A DNA stretch of 64,000 nt, from NCBI GenBank assembly GCA_964016885.1, contig OZ024746.1:97898001-97962000 (forward strand), given 5' to 3'. Shown piece by piece: positions 25,171 through 39,018 of this stretch (position 1 is the stretch's first letter; each line of letters begins with the position of its first letter). The position numbers were made by a program, and so were the translations under genes. Below the pieces are notes generated by a model that saw nothing but the letters and a program-made list of their open reading frames with translations, was not told the DNA's origin and made no database searches. The DNA is from Eledone cirrhosa (Eukaryota).

Positions 25171-27599
25171 TGTATATATAGTTGCACACACATTGTAACA
25201 TGCGTAATGCATCCAGTAAATGCACCTGTATAATTATCTACTTTCATCATCATCATCATTTAACGTCCATCATCCATGCTAGCATGGGTTAGACGGTTCT
25301 GTTCTATTTGATACGAGATTGGTTGGGAGACTGTGTCTCGCTCGTACGGAAGTGTCCCTGGCAGGTTTCGTACAGCTGGATGGCCTTCTTAACACCAACC
25401 ACTTTTATAGTGTGGACTGGGTGACTTTTTACCATGTCTCCTACATGACTACTTTACAGTGTGCACTGAGTGCTTTTTGTTGTGTCACCTACACAGTACA
25501 CGGAAATGGGAGGATGGTACTTTATTGGTAATTTATTACTTTATTGGTAATCACTTTTCACAATATGTTTACACCTTTACATATAGGTTTAAGAGTTAAA
25601 TTGTCTAAGAAATTCATCTGTCCTAGATGAACATTTCATTTAGATGTTTTAATGATCAGTTTAAATAAATTTGGATCAAGAAGAATGTACTTATTTTAGT
25701 TTTCAAGAGCTTGCATAATGAAGGTTAGGTATTTTTATGAAATGAGTAGCACTTTCCTTTTTTTATTGTTGTTGAAAAAAAAGAGATTGGCTTGGCATGA
25801 CCTTATTTCTTTTTTTTTTTAAGCATGAATATTCTAACTTCTGAATTTTTCCTCTGAAAGAAATTTCTTGTTTAATACATGTATCACATGAAAAGCAATA
25901 TAATAATGTCTTATAGTTAAAACAAGCATCTAAACTATAATAAAGAAAGGGGTGGGGGACTGCATCCAGAATATATTTTTTTTACCCCGTTTGTAAAATA
26001 AGTTGGATTACTTTGAATAAATAATTGTTTCTACTTTTGGCACAAGGCCAGCAATTACCCAGTACATTACTGGTTCTTTATTTTATCGACACACGGTAAG
26101 GATGAAAGGCAAAGTTAACCTCAGCGGGATTTGGTCTCAGGATGGCAAGGGACATAACTATGCATCAAAGCATGGCGTCCGACCCTCTACCGATACTACC
26201 AATCCACCATAAATAATGAATGAATATTACATAATTTATCTACTAAATTTCGTGGCTGGTGATTAAATATATTTTATAGCTTATTTAAAGATTCACTTCT
26301 TTAAAATTGTCAAATGTCAACATTTCCAGTTAGCAGCCGTTATATTATAATACTTTAATCGCATGTATTTCCGTCGCTAATTTTCTCCTAATGCAGTTTA
26401 TATATAATATCATCTTTTTTTAAATGTATCATGGACTACGTTACTGATTACAGGAGACAGTGTAACACAGTCTTCGTTCAATTTCTGTGTATATTGTCAA
26501 TTACGATTTTATTTACATGCATATATATTTGGGTATAATATCAATATACACACTACACATGCTAGCAGAAAACCACCCAAAGGGTGGTTATTCTGCTAGT
26601 AATAATTGTTTCTACTTTTGGCAAAAGGCCAGCAATTACTCAGTACATTACTGGTTCTTTATTTTATCGACCCCATAAGGATGAAAGGCAAAGTTAACCT
26701 CGGCAGGATTTGAACTCAGAATGGCAAGGGCCGTAACTCTATGCGTCAAAGCATGGCATCCGACCCTCTACTGATACTGCCAATCCACTGCTAGTTAATA
26801 TAATACAGATCAGATAAAGAAATTGTGAGAGTCTTCTAAGCTATAAAGTTTAACACTAATCAATATTCTGATATGTTACACCTTCAGATGACATAGAAAT
26901 ATGTCATACATAACCCGTCTAAACCCATGCTAGCGTGGAAGATAGACGTTAAATGTTGATGATGATGATGATAACACGATTGACCTCTAGGTTTTTCTCA
27001 AATATAAATAGATTTCAAGAGCATCTCTGGTATCTGACATCATTCAACATTGGATTGGCAGAATCGGTACAACGTAAGACACCATGCTTTGCAGCATAGA
27101 GTTATGGCCCTTTACGTTCTGAGTTCAAATTCTGCCATGGTTAGCTTTGCCTTTCATCCTTAGCATACATATAAATATCAAATGTAGACCTTTTCAAGGT
27201 CCACATTTGCTATTTATATGTACTCTTGCGTCCCAAATAATAGAGGGGGGTGGGGGTGGAATAAGCAGGGGGCTTGGACATTTGCTTAAATTCTTATGGG
27301 TAGGGGGAGGTTGGAATAAACGGGGGGGGGGGGGGTAATTGTATAGTGTATGTTCGTAAATATGGAATTTCTTGCCATGCTTATTCTTGTAATGTTTGTT
27401 AATGTAAAATAAAACTATTATAAGATTGTCCAGCTGCTGTATCAATATATGAATCACTTACAATAACATTTTGCCAGAGATAGATTAGCAAAATTGCAAC
27501 GTTTTTCGAAATATTTACTTCTGCGTTTTATGTTTTCATAATGTCGTAAGGCAGACAGCCAGACAAACAGACATATTATAAGGGCGCGATGTTATAGCT

Positions 27600-27815
27600 A
27601 TGTATCTATTTAAAAAGACAGACTAAGAAAGAGAGAGAGATCGCTAACCGGCGTCTAATGTGGTCCCTAGAGCATAGAAAATTTGAAATACTTTTTGCTC
27701 AAAACACTCACAGGAACATAAGGCTTACATGTGTAAAGTTTGATAAAAATCGGTTGGATGGTTCTCTAGTTTTAGAGGGGACAGACAGAATCCTCTGTTT
27801 TAGATATATAGATAA
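27600..27815 (+). mobile_element. Helitron/Helentron-like non-autonomous element, 3' part
   Basis: Similar to 36370-36538, ending ACAGACAG...TTTTA.ATATATAGAT. Confidence 0.45.
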
Positions 27816-30492
27816 ACTAAAAAAAAAGACAAGACAAAATTCTTTCAGTTGTAATTTTGCTGTATATAGAAATTGACATCTAATAACTGTTTCTACTTTT
27901 TGGCACAAGGCTAGCAATTATCTCAGTGCATTACTGGTACTTTATTTTATCGATCCCTTAAGGATGAAAGGCAAAGTTAATCTCAACGGGATTTGAACTC
28001 ATCTAATAATGAAAAGCTGATGACAAAAGCTTGCAGAAGCTGTCTTTTATTCAATAATTCCCAGACAGGGGTGCACAATTTACTTTCATAGGATTGGCAG
28101 TAATTGTAGAGCGTCGGACACCATGCTTTGCAGCATACTGAAGTTTGCTTTGCCTTACATCCTTACATGGTCGATAAAATAAAGTACCAGTAATGCACAG
28201 GAATCGATTTAATCGACTTTCCCAAAATTGCTGGCCTTGTGCCTATAGTAGAAATCATTATTTTATTAAGAATATGTTATTTAATTGAAATTTATTGAAT
28301 AAAGTTATGTTGCCATCGACAGTCGATCAATTTTCGTCAAATCGGACCGACTAAACAATGTTTCCATTGGTCTTTCCGATTGGTAATAGTATTTATCAGT
28401 TGCAACTCCAGATAGAAGGAGCAACGTGAAATAAAGTGTCTTGCTCAAGGACATAACGCATCACCCGGTCTGGGAATCGAACTAACACCCTCACAATAGC
28501 GAATCTAATTCCTTAACCACTCAGCTACATGCCTTCATTATGTTGCCATATAATGTCTTAAACTTACCTTTGTCACTTAAACCTTGTAAGGAGGGAAAAG
28601 AGGACGTAAAATGATGATGATGATGATGATATATATATATGACATATTATTTCATGTTGCTCCAGTTTACTCATTCGGATATGTAGGTGTGGAAAAGAAA
28701 GTAGGAAAAGGAATTATTTACCTATTATATGCCACAGTGAATCAAAAGATCTAATTGTTTGCAATGTAACAATCTATTTTACAATCTTAGCAAGAACCAT
28801 CATCATCATTTAACCCTTTAGCATTTAAACCGGCCATATCTGGCCAGAATTCTCTCACCTATTTCTGTTCAAACCAGCTGTAACTGGCTGATCATTCTGA
28901 TGTTAAGGTATTGCTCTTAAAATAAATAACATCAAAATACCATAGATTTGATATATGAGATAATTATGTGAGGTAAAGCCTTGACCGTGAAAATATAATA
29001 GTATATATAGAGTAATGTAAATACTAAAGGGTTAAAGCACACATACTATTTTATTTATGCCTTTATTATTTTTTACTCAGTCTTTCATTGTAGAATAAGC
29101 AACATTTCATTGATAGCCTCTTCCATTGTACTAGTTTTATCTTTAAACTATGATAACAGTCATTCATATCTGGCTGAAAAAACTATGCTAATAGCTTGAC
29201 CTTTCACTGTTAACTATAGTACTACTTACTCCACCTGCTGGGTGAGGTCATGTAAACACATGCTGCTATATTCATTCAGTTTTACAAGTGTCAATCCAGT
29301 TTCGGCTATGATGAGAGAATTTGTAACCTGACATAACAGAGGGGCTTTTCATTTCCTTTATATGATATATACATATAAACACTATTGAACATAAATTACA
29401 CATCCGGGGGGGGGGGGGGGGTCCATATGACACACATACACACAAGGAGGAGAGAGAGGGACCAGAGAAAGAGAGGAATTGAGAGAGGGGGCGAGTAACC
29501 CAGAACAGTGAATAGAGAAAGAAAGTGAGGCAGGAGAGAGTGTAACCTGAACAATGAATAGAAAGAGGGGGAAGAAGAAGAGAGAGAGGGAGGCAAGAGA
29601 GATACAGAGAAAGAGTGTGTATGTGTGTGTGTGTGTGTGTGTGTAGCCTGAACAATAAAGAAAGAGAGAGAAAGTGAGAGTCAAGTGAACAATAGAGAGA
29701 GGGAGAGATTCACCTGTATATTTCTCAGGGAAATAAAAACATTTTCCAGCTGATTTGCAGTTTGTTTTCACACTTTCTGATTTGTTTGGGACTGTTGACA
29801 TTTTATATTTGCAATATCTTCATATTTTAACAAAAAAGGAAACTTATTTGTCCTACAAGTGCCAACTGCAATTAGGTTTGTGTGTTTACTCAGCTGTAGA
29901 AATGAGTTGTGACAACACTGGTGCTAAACTGTATCAGCTGTTACCTTTCCCTAGGACAACATTGGTGGCATGGAGAGGAGAGACTGGTATGCATGAGTGA
30001 CTACTGGTCTTCCACAAACAACCTTGCCTGGACTTGTGCCTCGGAGAGAAGCTTTCTAGGTACAAATCCCATGGGCATTTGTGACCGAAGGAAGTCTTTA
30101 TGAAAATATATATATATATACGTGTGTTTAATGGTAGCTATGGTGCTTGCATAGGCGGTATGCCAGTGAGAAGTGTTGAAGTTTCCATTGAAAAAGTCAG
30201 AGGAATGAAGAGTGCTCTATGCAAGTTATACAGAGCTAATATATATATATAATATATATATATATATACAGATCACTTTTCCTCTACTACATTCTTCTCA
30301 GCCATCTATTTTTCACACCCACCCTAGTACCTTCAATATGCCCAATCTCAAATCTTTTCTCTGCCAGCTCCATTCTACTCTCAAGCGCTTCGTCCAACCC
30401 CCCCCCCCCCCCCTATATGCATCCAATCCTCCAAGACATTTTTTCCAATTCCATTCCACCCGTCCCCTCAATCTATTTTATTGCTCATTCTT

Positions 30493-30528
30493 TCTTCTGA
30501 TGAAAAACTAGTGTCCGAAACGTTAAGA
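30493..30528 (+). ncRNA. Minimal type I hammerhead (stem II decayed)
   Basis: TCTT-CTGATGA-AAAACTAGTGTCC-GAA-ACGT-T-AAGA. The ACGT palindromic stem III is typical of PLE minimal HHRs. Confidence 0.68.
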
Positions 30529-30636
30529 CCCTCTTCCTGCTATATCAAGCGTTAACCTAATATATACCAATTGTGTTGTTATTTCTGTTTACCTTTTACA
30601 TACATACATACAAACATATATATATATATAATATAT

Positions 30637-30961
30637 GGAGGCACATGGCTTAGTGGTTAGAGCGTTGGGCTTGCAATCGAAAGGTTGTGAGTTCAATTCT
30701 CAGACCGGGTGATGTGTTGTTTCCTTGAGCAAGATACTTTATTTCACATTGCTCCAGTTTACTCTGCAGAGATGATAGGGACCTATCATCTCATTTCTAC
30801 AGCTAAGTGGTCGTGGAGGTGCCACAGCAAAAAAACACCCAGCACTCACTGTAAATGAGGTTGGTGTTAGGAAGGGCATCCAGCTGTAGAAATCAAGCCA
30901 GAATCAGTTCCCGTCCCACCCTTGCAAGGAGGGAAAAGAGGACGTAAAATGATGATGATGA
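30637..30961 (+). mobile_element. SINE family A with the alternative RTE tail
   Basis: tRNA head, with tail CGTCCCACCCTTGCAAGGAGGGAAAAGAGGACG + (GAT)n. Confidence 0.88.
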
Positions 30962-33900
30962 TATATATATATATGACATATTATTTCATGTTGCTCCAGT
31001 TTACTCATTCGGATATGTAGGTGTGGGAAAGAAAGTAGGAAAAGGAATTATTTACCTATTATATGCCACAGTGAATCAAAAGATCTAATTGTTTGCAATG
31101 TAACAATCTATTTTACAATCTTAGCAAGAACCATCATCATCATTTAACCCTTTAGCATTTAAACCGGCCATATCTGGCCAGAATTCTCTCACCTCTTTCT
31201 GTTCAAACCAGCTGTAACTGACCGATCATACTGATATTAAGGTATTGTTCTCAAAATGAATGACATCAATATCTCGTAGCTTCGATATTATGTGAGGCAA
31301 AGCCTTTACTGTGAAAATACAATTGTAAATACTAAAGGGTTAACGTCCATTGTCTGTGCTAGCATGGTAATGATGGTCTGTCCCATTGTGAGAGATCATG
31401 CATATATTTTCTTTCATGCTAGCCTGCTTTAGAAATCATGTAGTCCGTATTTAGGCAATGTTCTATGGTTGAATGCAGGGTTGGAATCAGACCTTGGGGG
31501 GCACTTCAGGTTTGGAAACCACCTCATACACAAAAAAATTAGAATACACAGCAAACCTCCCAATTTTACATATCAAAGTTAGCTTGGCACAATTGGAATT
31601 GAAAAATTATACATACAGGAAAAAATTCAAATATTCTAACGAGGCACTTTTTATTGTATCACAATCACGACCACTTTACAGTGTGGGCTGAGGTGTATAG
31701 GGGGGGGGATAGATCTAGTGGCATGTGTGAGAGAGCAGTGTGTTCAGACATGGGTGGAGTGTTAAGACGTGGGTTGTGAAAGACGAGAGGGGGGGGGGGC
31801 AAAAAGAGGGGTGTTAGGACGTGGAAGTGTATGGAAGGGGGTGACATATCTTTTTTATAAATTGCTTCTATCTCCTACTATGTATAATTGACTAAAAGTA
31901 GATCTAATATTTATTCTTCTTTTACAAAATATTTGCTCTTTTGTGTTTACATCTACACTGTTTCTATTTAAAATTACACGCATGCATAGATCAACCAACT
32001 CAGTAAATGTTTGTATATTAACGACAATATACTTCTCTGAATTAAATGTATTTTGGCTATCTTTGCATTGAGATGTTCCCTATATTACTCATAAATAAGC
32101 TTCTGTGTGATATTTGCTACTCCTTAACAGTTGAGTTGAAAGGCGGGTGGTATGTGAACTATTTCTAGCATCATTTTGAACACATCATATTGTCCCTGAT
32201 ATAGAAATATTTACTTAGTTGATCGATCAATGTATGCCTGTAATTTTATACACAACACTGGATCAGTATGGACAAACTCAATTTATTAACAGATGAATAT
32301 TATTTTTCTGCTTTTTTATACTTTCAAAGAAACTTTCTGATGAGAGAATTCTTCCAGTATTGCTTGACTTAATTATTGAGATGGTCAATGGTGTTTCATG
32401 ATTCTTACAACAGCAGGGAAGAAATGCAAATGAAGCACTCTTGTATTAGTTGGTTTTACCACTATTTAGCCTTAATGAAATGAATATTAAAACTCTACTT
32501 TGATATTGAGTACTCTTTTCTCTCAGCTGTCAACCATATATGGATGTGTGAGTGCGTGAAAATTAAAACATTTCAGAAAACACTTTTCTTTTCTCATAGA
32601 AAATCGACTGGCCCCTTAATATTTGAACAAAATGAAAAGAAATTCACAGTTTACATCTTTGCGTTTTTAGCTGGCAGTGTTTTAACAATAAGTGCTCCAG
32701 ACCAGCAATGGGAAATGAAACATCTTGCTCAAGAAAACAAAATGCCACCTGGACCAGGAATTGAACACACAAACTTATGATAATGAGCCCAACATCCTAA
32801 CCACTAGTCCATGCACCTTCACCATTTAACATATGTATATCTAACTCATGCTAGCGTGGAAGACGGACATTATACTACAACGATGATGATGATGATGTAT
32901 ATGTATGGTTCTGTAACTCCTGATAGAGTCAGCATTTCTTGGGTATTTTAAGCTTGGCAGAGCCCATCTCTCTCCAGGCCTGAGTACAACAGATTTCTTC
33001 CAGAGAAAGATAGAAAGAGAGAGAGCGGAAATGAGAAAGAGATATAGAGGAAATGAGAAAAAGATATAGAGGAAGAATCGACCCCAGTACTAGACTGGTA
33101 CTTTGGTACTTTTATTTATCGACCTTGAAAGGACGAAAGGCAAAGTTGACCTCGGCGGGATTTAAACTCAGAGAGCAGAGAGCTGGAACGAATACCATAA
33201 AGCATTCTATCCGACATTCTAATGACTGCCAATTCACTGCCTTGCTATTTAATATTTAGCCCTAAATATAAACCAAATATTAATCTTATTGATGGTTCCA
33301 TTTCGTATTATGTCTCTATACCAGATTATTATAAATAACGTTGATACATATGAGATGACACTATATCTATGAGATATAAATGAATATGAAACAGGAATCG
33401 TTTTTCCTCAGGCTAGCAACTTATATGGATATTGGCATCATGCATGACTTGTTTACAAATAGCAGCTTACGGATATTGATGTAATGCATAGCCCAGCAGA
33501 CAGAATGTATGTAGACAGAAAGCAGCATATAAGCACCTTCAAGAAGGATTTAACTTGTTTTGTTATCAAATTTGAAGTTGACATTCGGACTAACAATACA
33601 GACTGTCTAGAGTTACCTCATCAGCTGTCATCCTAGGCTTTTTCCCTCTGGAATAGCAGACAAACACACAAATGTTAAGTAGTGAAAGAAGAAAATAATC
33701 TGAAATAAAAGATTTCCATTATTATCAGGGAGAAAATATTTGCTTCCTAAATGTTTACCATGAATAGACAGTAATTTGTGCATATGTCAGCAGCAGTTAA
33801 TCTTTCCAAATTGTTTGTGATGCTTTGTGAATTTAAACAGCAAATGGCTTTTAGATTAACAGAAGGAAGGGAAATTCAATATTTGGCAAACAAACTACAA

Positions 33901-34804
33901 AATTCCTTAATGGTTTTCAGTTAATCTCTGTCTAAGACAAACTAAATGGGTTGATTAGATTAGTATTTTTACAAACAAGATTAATCCAGTGATGTGACAT
34001 GAAATACTAAGGTTTAATTCTATTTTAAATAGGAACTACTTTAAAATTGTCAAACAAATGTTAAAAAAATGTAACAAAACATAGTTAAAAATAAACTAGG
34101 TGGCTAAAGAAACACATCTAGGATATATTTTTTTAGTTTATGACATAGTCTACGTGTTATAGTTAGTGATATAGAGTATTTTTGGTCTGCAATATTTAGT
34201 CTATGGTGTATATATATTCTAAGGTATATAGTCTATTCAGTCATATCATCATCAAAATTTAACGTCTATTTTTCCATGCTTGCATGGGTTAGACAGGTCG
34301 TCCACATTATGACAAGTCTGGGTAGTTGACCGTGCCATGCCTTGCTCAAATGGAACTGTATTTTTTGGCTGGGGATTTTTACAGCTGGATGCCCTTCCTA
34401 ACACCAACCATGTTTACAGTGTGGAACTGGGTGGCATTGTTATGAGGATGGTCTGGCCAGTTGGCCACACCATACCCTGCTCACAGTGGAACCATATTTT
34501 GGGAGCTGGGTGGTCCCATTATGAGGGCGGTCTGGCCAGTTGACTCATAGTGGGGCAGTGTTTAGGCTGGATTTTTATGGTTGCTGGATTCCCTTCTTAC
34601 CACCAAACATGTTTAATAGTGTGAAACAATTATGAAACAAGTCTTGGCCATACTGTACCTTGCTCATAGTGATATATTGGCTGGGTGTATATACGATATA
34701 TACCACATATGCATGTATATATCATACAATACATAATACACAATATACATATATAAAATACATTAAGACACATATAGAGATAATTCATGATATATACATC
34801 AGAT

Positions 34805-35280
34805 CTCACACAGATGCCTGCGTGAGATGTACGATGCTGCATGGTAGTGAGACATGGGCAGCAATTGCAGAGGATATGCGACAGCTGCAGAGAAATGAAG
34901 CAAGCATGCTCCGTTGGATTTTCAATGTCAATGTGCGTGAACGACCGAGCATAGACGAGTTGAGAAAGAAACTGGGTATAAGAGGGATAAGTTGTGGTGT
35001 GCAGGAGAGAAGGCTGAGATAGTAAGGACATGTGATGCACATGGAGGATGACTGCTGAGTAAAGAAGTGCCAAGAAATCCCAGTAGAAGGAAGACGCAGT
35101 AGAGGAAGACCACGAAAAACATGGGCGGAGATGGTGAGAGCAGACCTCAGATCACTGAAACTCACAGAGGAGATGACGAAGGACCGTGACAAGTGGAGAG
35201 ATGCTGTGCTGAATAGGACCCGTCCCACCCTTGCAAGCAGGGAAAAGCGGACGTCAAATGATGATGATGATGATGATGAT
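34805..35280 (+). mobile_element. RTE LINE 3' end (second family) with (GAT)n tail
   Basis: DACVRCTMLHGSETWA...LQRNEASMLRWI...RRLR.*GHVMHMEDD...GRRSRGRPRKTWAEMVRADL. Confidence 0.9.
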
Positions 35281-35975
35281 ATATACAACATAACACACAC
35301 ACCCAACATGCATACACATCACACATATACACACACAAATACACAATATATATATATACATATACAACATACATATACATATACAACATATATATACATA
35401 TATAGTATGCATATAAATATATCTTTATACAATATATACACATATGTATGACATGTTTAACAGGGTAACGTTAGAACTTTGGGGACCGGTGGGGATGAAA
35501 GCCATGTTTGCCAAACAGCTAACCAGAAGGGGTGGATAGGTGGGTGGGTGGAATGCAGAGACGATAGAGTCATGGGGTGGGTTTTACTTTGTGGTTAGGG
35601 TATTTGATTCACAGTAAGACCTTGAGTTCGATTCCCAGCAGTGCGTTGTGTCCTTGAATAAGACACTTTATTTCATGTTGCTCGTCCATACAGCTGGCAA
35701 AAATGAATTGTGCATGTAATTCGAAGGGCCAGCCTTGTCACACTCTGTGTCACACTGAATCTTCCCAAGAAATACGTTAAGAGTATATATGTCTGTGGAA
35801 TGCTCAGTCACTTGCATGTTAATTTCACAAGCAGAGAAACAGAAGCATTTGGAAAGCATTTTAAAAGCATTAAACATTGAAATAAATGAATGAGGAACCC
35901 CAATGATATATAACCAATGATATATAATATATTTCTACATTTCTATAACAGAATATATAATCCCTTTTATATATG

Positions 35976-36538
35976 ATTAGCAGTGGTACCCAGCGTTGCA
36001 CGGGATAAGGTATTTTGGAACGCGGGCCGCCAACAGACCTAATTGTGGAAAAACTGCATGCCTGGACAATATGTAAAGAAAATAAACCGAATACTCCGAT
36101 GGCTGGATAATCTTTAAGATTTTCCTCGATGAAGCAGGAAAAATGCAGGTTTTCACCTAATTGTGAGCCCTAGGGGATAAAGAAAATGAATTTTTTTTAT
36201 GTGCATAATATGCCTTGAAATTTCGGGAAAATCGGCTAGATGTAACGCCTCAAAAAATTAATGGTATGAAGAAGAGACTAATACATAGTTACAATTTCAA
36301 GGAAAGCGGTCTGATGTAACGCCTCAAAAACCCCTAAAAAGCTGAAAAACGCAGATTTTCACCTAATGCAGGCCCTAGGGTATCAAAAAGTTGAATTGTT
36401 TTATGTGCATAACACTCCCTGAAACATAAGTAATACACATGTAAAGTTTGAAAAAAAATCGGTTGGGTACTTCTCGAGTTTTAGGGATACAAACTCACAG
36501 ACACAGAGACAGACATCCTCAGTTTTATATACATAGAT
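35976..36538 (+). mobile_element. Helitron/Helentron-like non-autonomous element
   Basis: 5' TACCCAGCGTTGCACGGG hairpin, an internal direct duplication (ATGTAACGCCTCAAAAA twice) and a 3' ACAGAC...TTTTATATACATAGAT end. Confidence 0.55.
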
Positions 36539-36967
36539 AACAAGCTATATTTTTCAGTTAAAAATCAAGAAGGGTTAAATTATATTCTTTATCAAAACAA
36601 TATTCAACAAACTTGAGTATTGTGATAATAGTTCACAGCTAGATATCTAACAAGATAAATATTGCAAATTTCTATTCAACTTTATTGATACAATGCATCA
36701 AAATAACTTTAAAATAATATTTTATCCCTTTCATTATCATATTTAAAATAATGATTTTTAGTATAGGCATAATGCCAGTAATTTGGGGGAAGGGGAAAGT
36801 CGATAAAAACCGACTCCAGTGCGTTACTGGTACTTTATTTTATCGACCCCGTAAGGATGAAAGGCAAAGTTAACCTTGGCAGGATTTGAACTCAGATAAT
36901 AAAGGGCCGTAACTCTATGCTTCAAATCATGGTGTCCGACCCTCTGCCGATGCTGCCAATCCACTGA

Positions 36968-37290
36968 AATTATTGTGTACAGTGCTCAGGTGCACTACAA
37001 CTCATCAAAGGTGCATGTATAGTGCATAGAATAATGAACAAATGTCAGGAAAGTGAACAGTGTATGAGTCATGATATACATGTGTGCGTGTGTATGGAGG
37101 GAGAACATCAGGTGTAGTGTTGGCGAATTTCAGGAAGCATGGAGGTTTTAAAGGATGCAGTGTCCCGACAGCTAACAACTGATGTAGGTAGTTTGTTCCA
37201 TCCATGCTTCGGCAACTCTGAGCGTGAAAAGAATGTTTCTGAAAGTCATGGGAGCTGTGCTGTTTTCTGACTTTGTGGGCATTTCTAATG
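36968..37290 (-). mobile_element. CR1/L2-type LINE 3' end
   Basis: Frameshifted KVRKQHSSHDF..FTLRVAEAW.NKLP.SVV matches the RVxxxWNxLP motif. A paralog lies at 40620-40985(+). Confidence 0.75.
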
Positions 37291-38971
37291 AAAGACACTG
37301 AAAATAATCAACTGCTGTTTTGAGATAAGCATAAAGATTATTACATTAAATTATGATGGCATGTTTTTAAATAAATACAAACACTTTAGAATAAACAACT
37401 TCCTATCATAAAACCATGGGGAGATTGGTATCAAACAAGTTACATGTTAGGATGTTTAAGCCTTTAGCATTTACATTACTCTATATTTACTATTGTGCTA
37501 GACTGGAAGATAGACGTTAAATGATGATGATGATGATGATGATGATATTTTCATGGTCAAGGCTTTATCTCACATAATTATCTCACATAATATCGACTAT
37601 GAGATTTTGATATTATTTATTTTGATATTAATACCATAATATCAGTACGAGCAGCCAGTTATGGTTGGTTTGAACAGAAGGAGGTAAGAGAATTCTGGCT
37701 GGATATCGCCTGTTTAAATCCAGAATTCACTTTCAGAAATTATTTCGAGCAAACCCTTTAAAGAAATAATTGATTAAACCTTTTTCTAAAACATGACATC
37801 ATGTGACAGATATCACTTTAGTCTTGGATAGTTGCTTATAACCTCAACCATTTCACTTTATATACAATCAGTTAAAGCCACTTAAGGAATACAGATCATA
37901 ATGCAAAGATGGAATCTTATGCCAAAAATTGGATTTATGTGACTAAAATTCAATAATGTAATAAGCTGAGATAGAAGATTATTTAAAACAATAAAATTAT
38001 GAAGAACTTTGAAGTAAAAACTGCATATTAAAATGTTGGAGATATTTTTCAAAAATCATATTGTAAAAGACAAGCCTAAGAATTATTTCAAAATATATTT
38101 TTTTAAATTCAGTATTCAAAATAGAAAAAACAAAATTCATATTTTCTGGAATGATATTTCAATCCTAAAAAAGCAATTAGCCATCTGGAAAATTGGAATG
38201 CAAGACGTGACAATCTTATGATTGAAGAGGCTTTCTTAACTATTTCTTAAATTAAACATTCAACAGAAACTTATTGCTCATTATTTTGGAAGCAATAACT
38301 GCAAAATAACAAGAAAATATGGAAAAAAATGTTGATTACTTTCTGAAATCTCCTTTGAATTGATTCCTTTCATATTGTTATTTTTGTTTTTAACTGAACA
38401 GAATATAAACAGTCGCTAGTTTCATTCCATCTAAATTATACCGGTGAAATCCATGCTAGCGTGGAAGATAGATGTTAAATGATGATCATGATGAAATTCA
38501 TGTTTGTAAGAGAAAATCACAGCAAAAAGCATATAGGCAATTGTAAAAATATATTTTAGATAAATGTTTGATTCATAAATTCTGAGAATTTTAATGCAAA
38601 CCAGTAATGCAATTTTTCTCCTTTATGTTACATATTTACTTTTTAATGAAACATCTAAATCATTTTTTTTACCATGAAACATTCTCTCGCATCACTAGTA
38701 CTATTTTTATGAGAAAAATTATTCCAAATAATAATTTCAGGTTATAGTTTTCTACATATTTCATTGAAAAATCTATTGCTCATCAAATTCAGCATTTAAA
38801 CAGGATTATTATTATTACATATTTATCAAGGTAAATATTTCAAATGTTCAACACTTTTTATAAGATATTTATGAGTTTACTTGCTAATCAGATAATTAAT
38901 CTATTCATAAATACGTAGAAAGAGTAACATTTTAAATTGATTTGAATGTATACAATCTGTATAGAAAAGAT

Positions 38972-39018
<47 letters not shown>

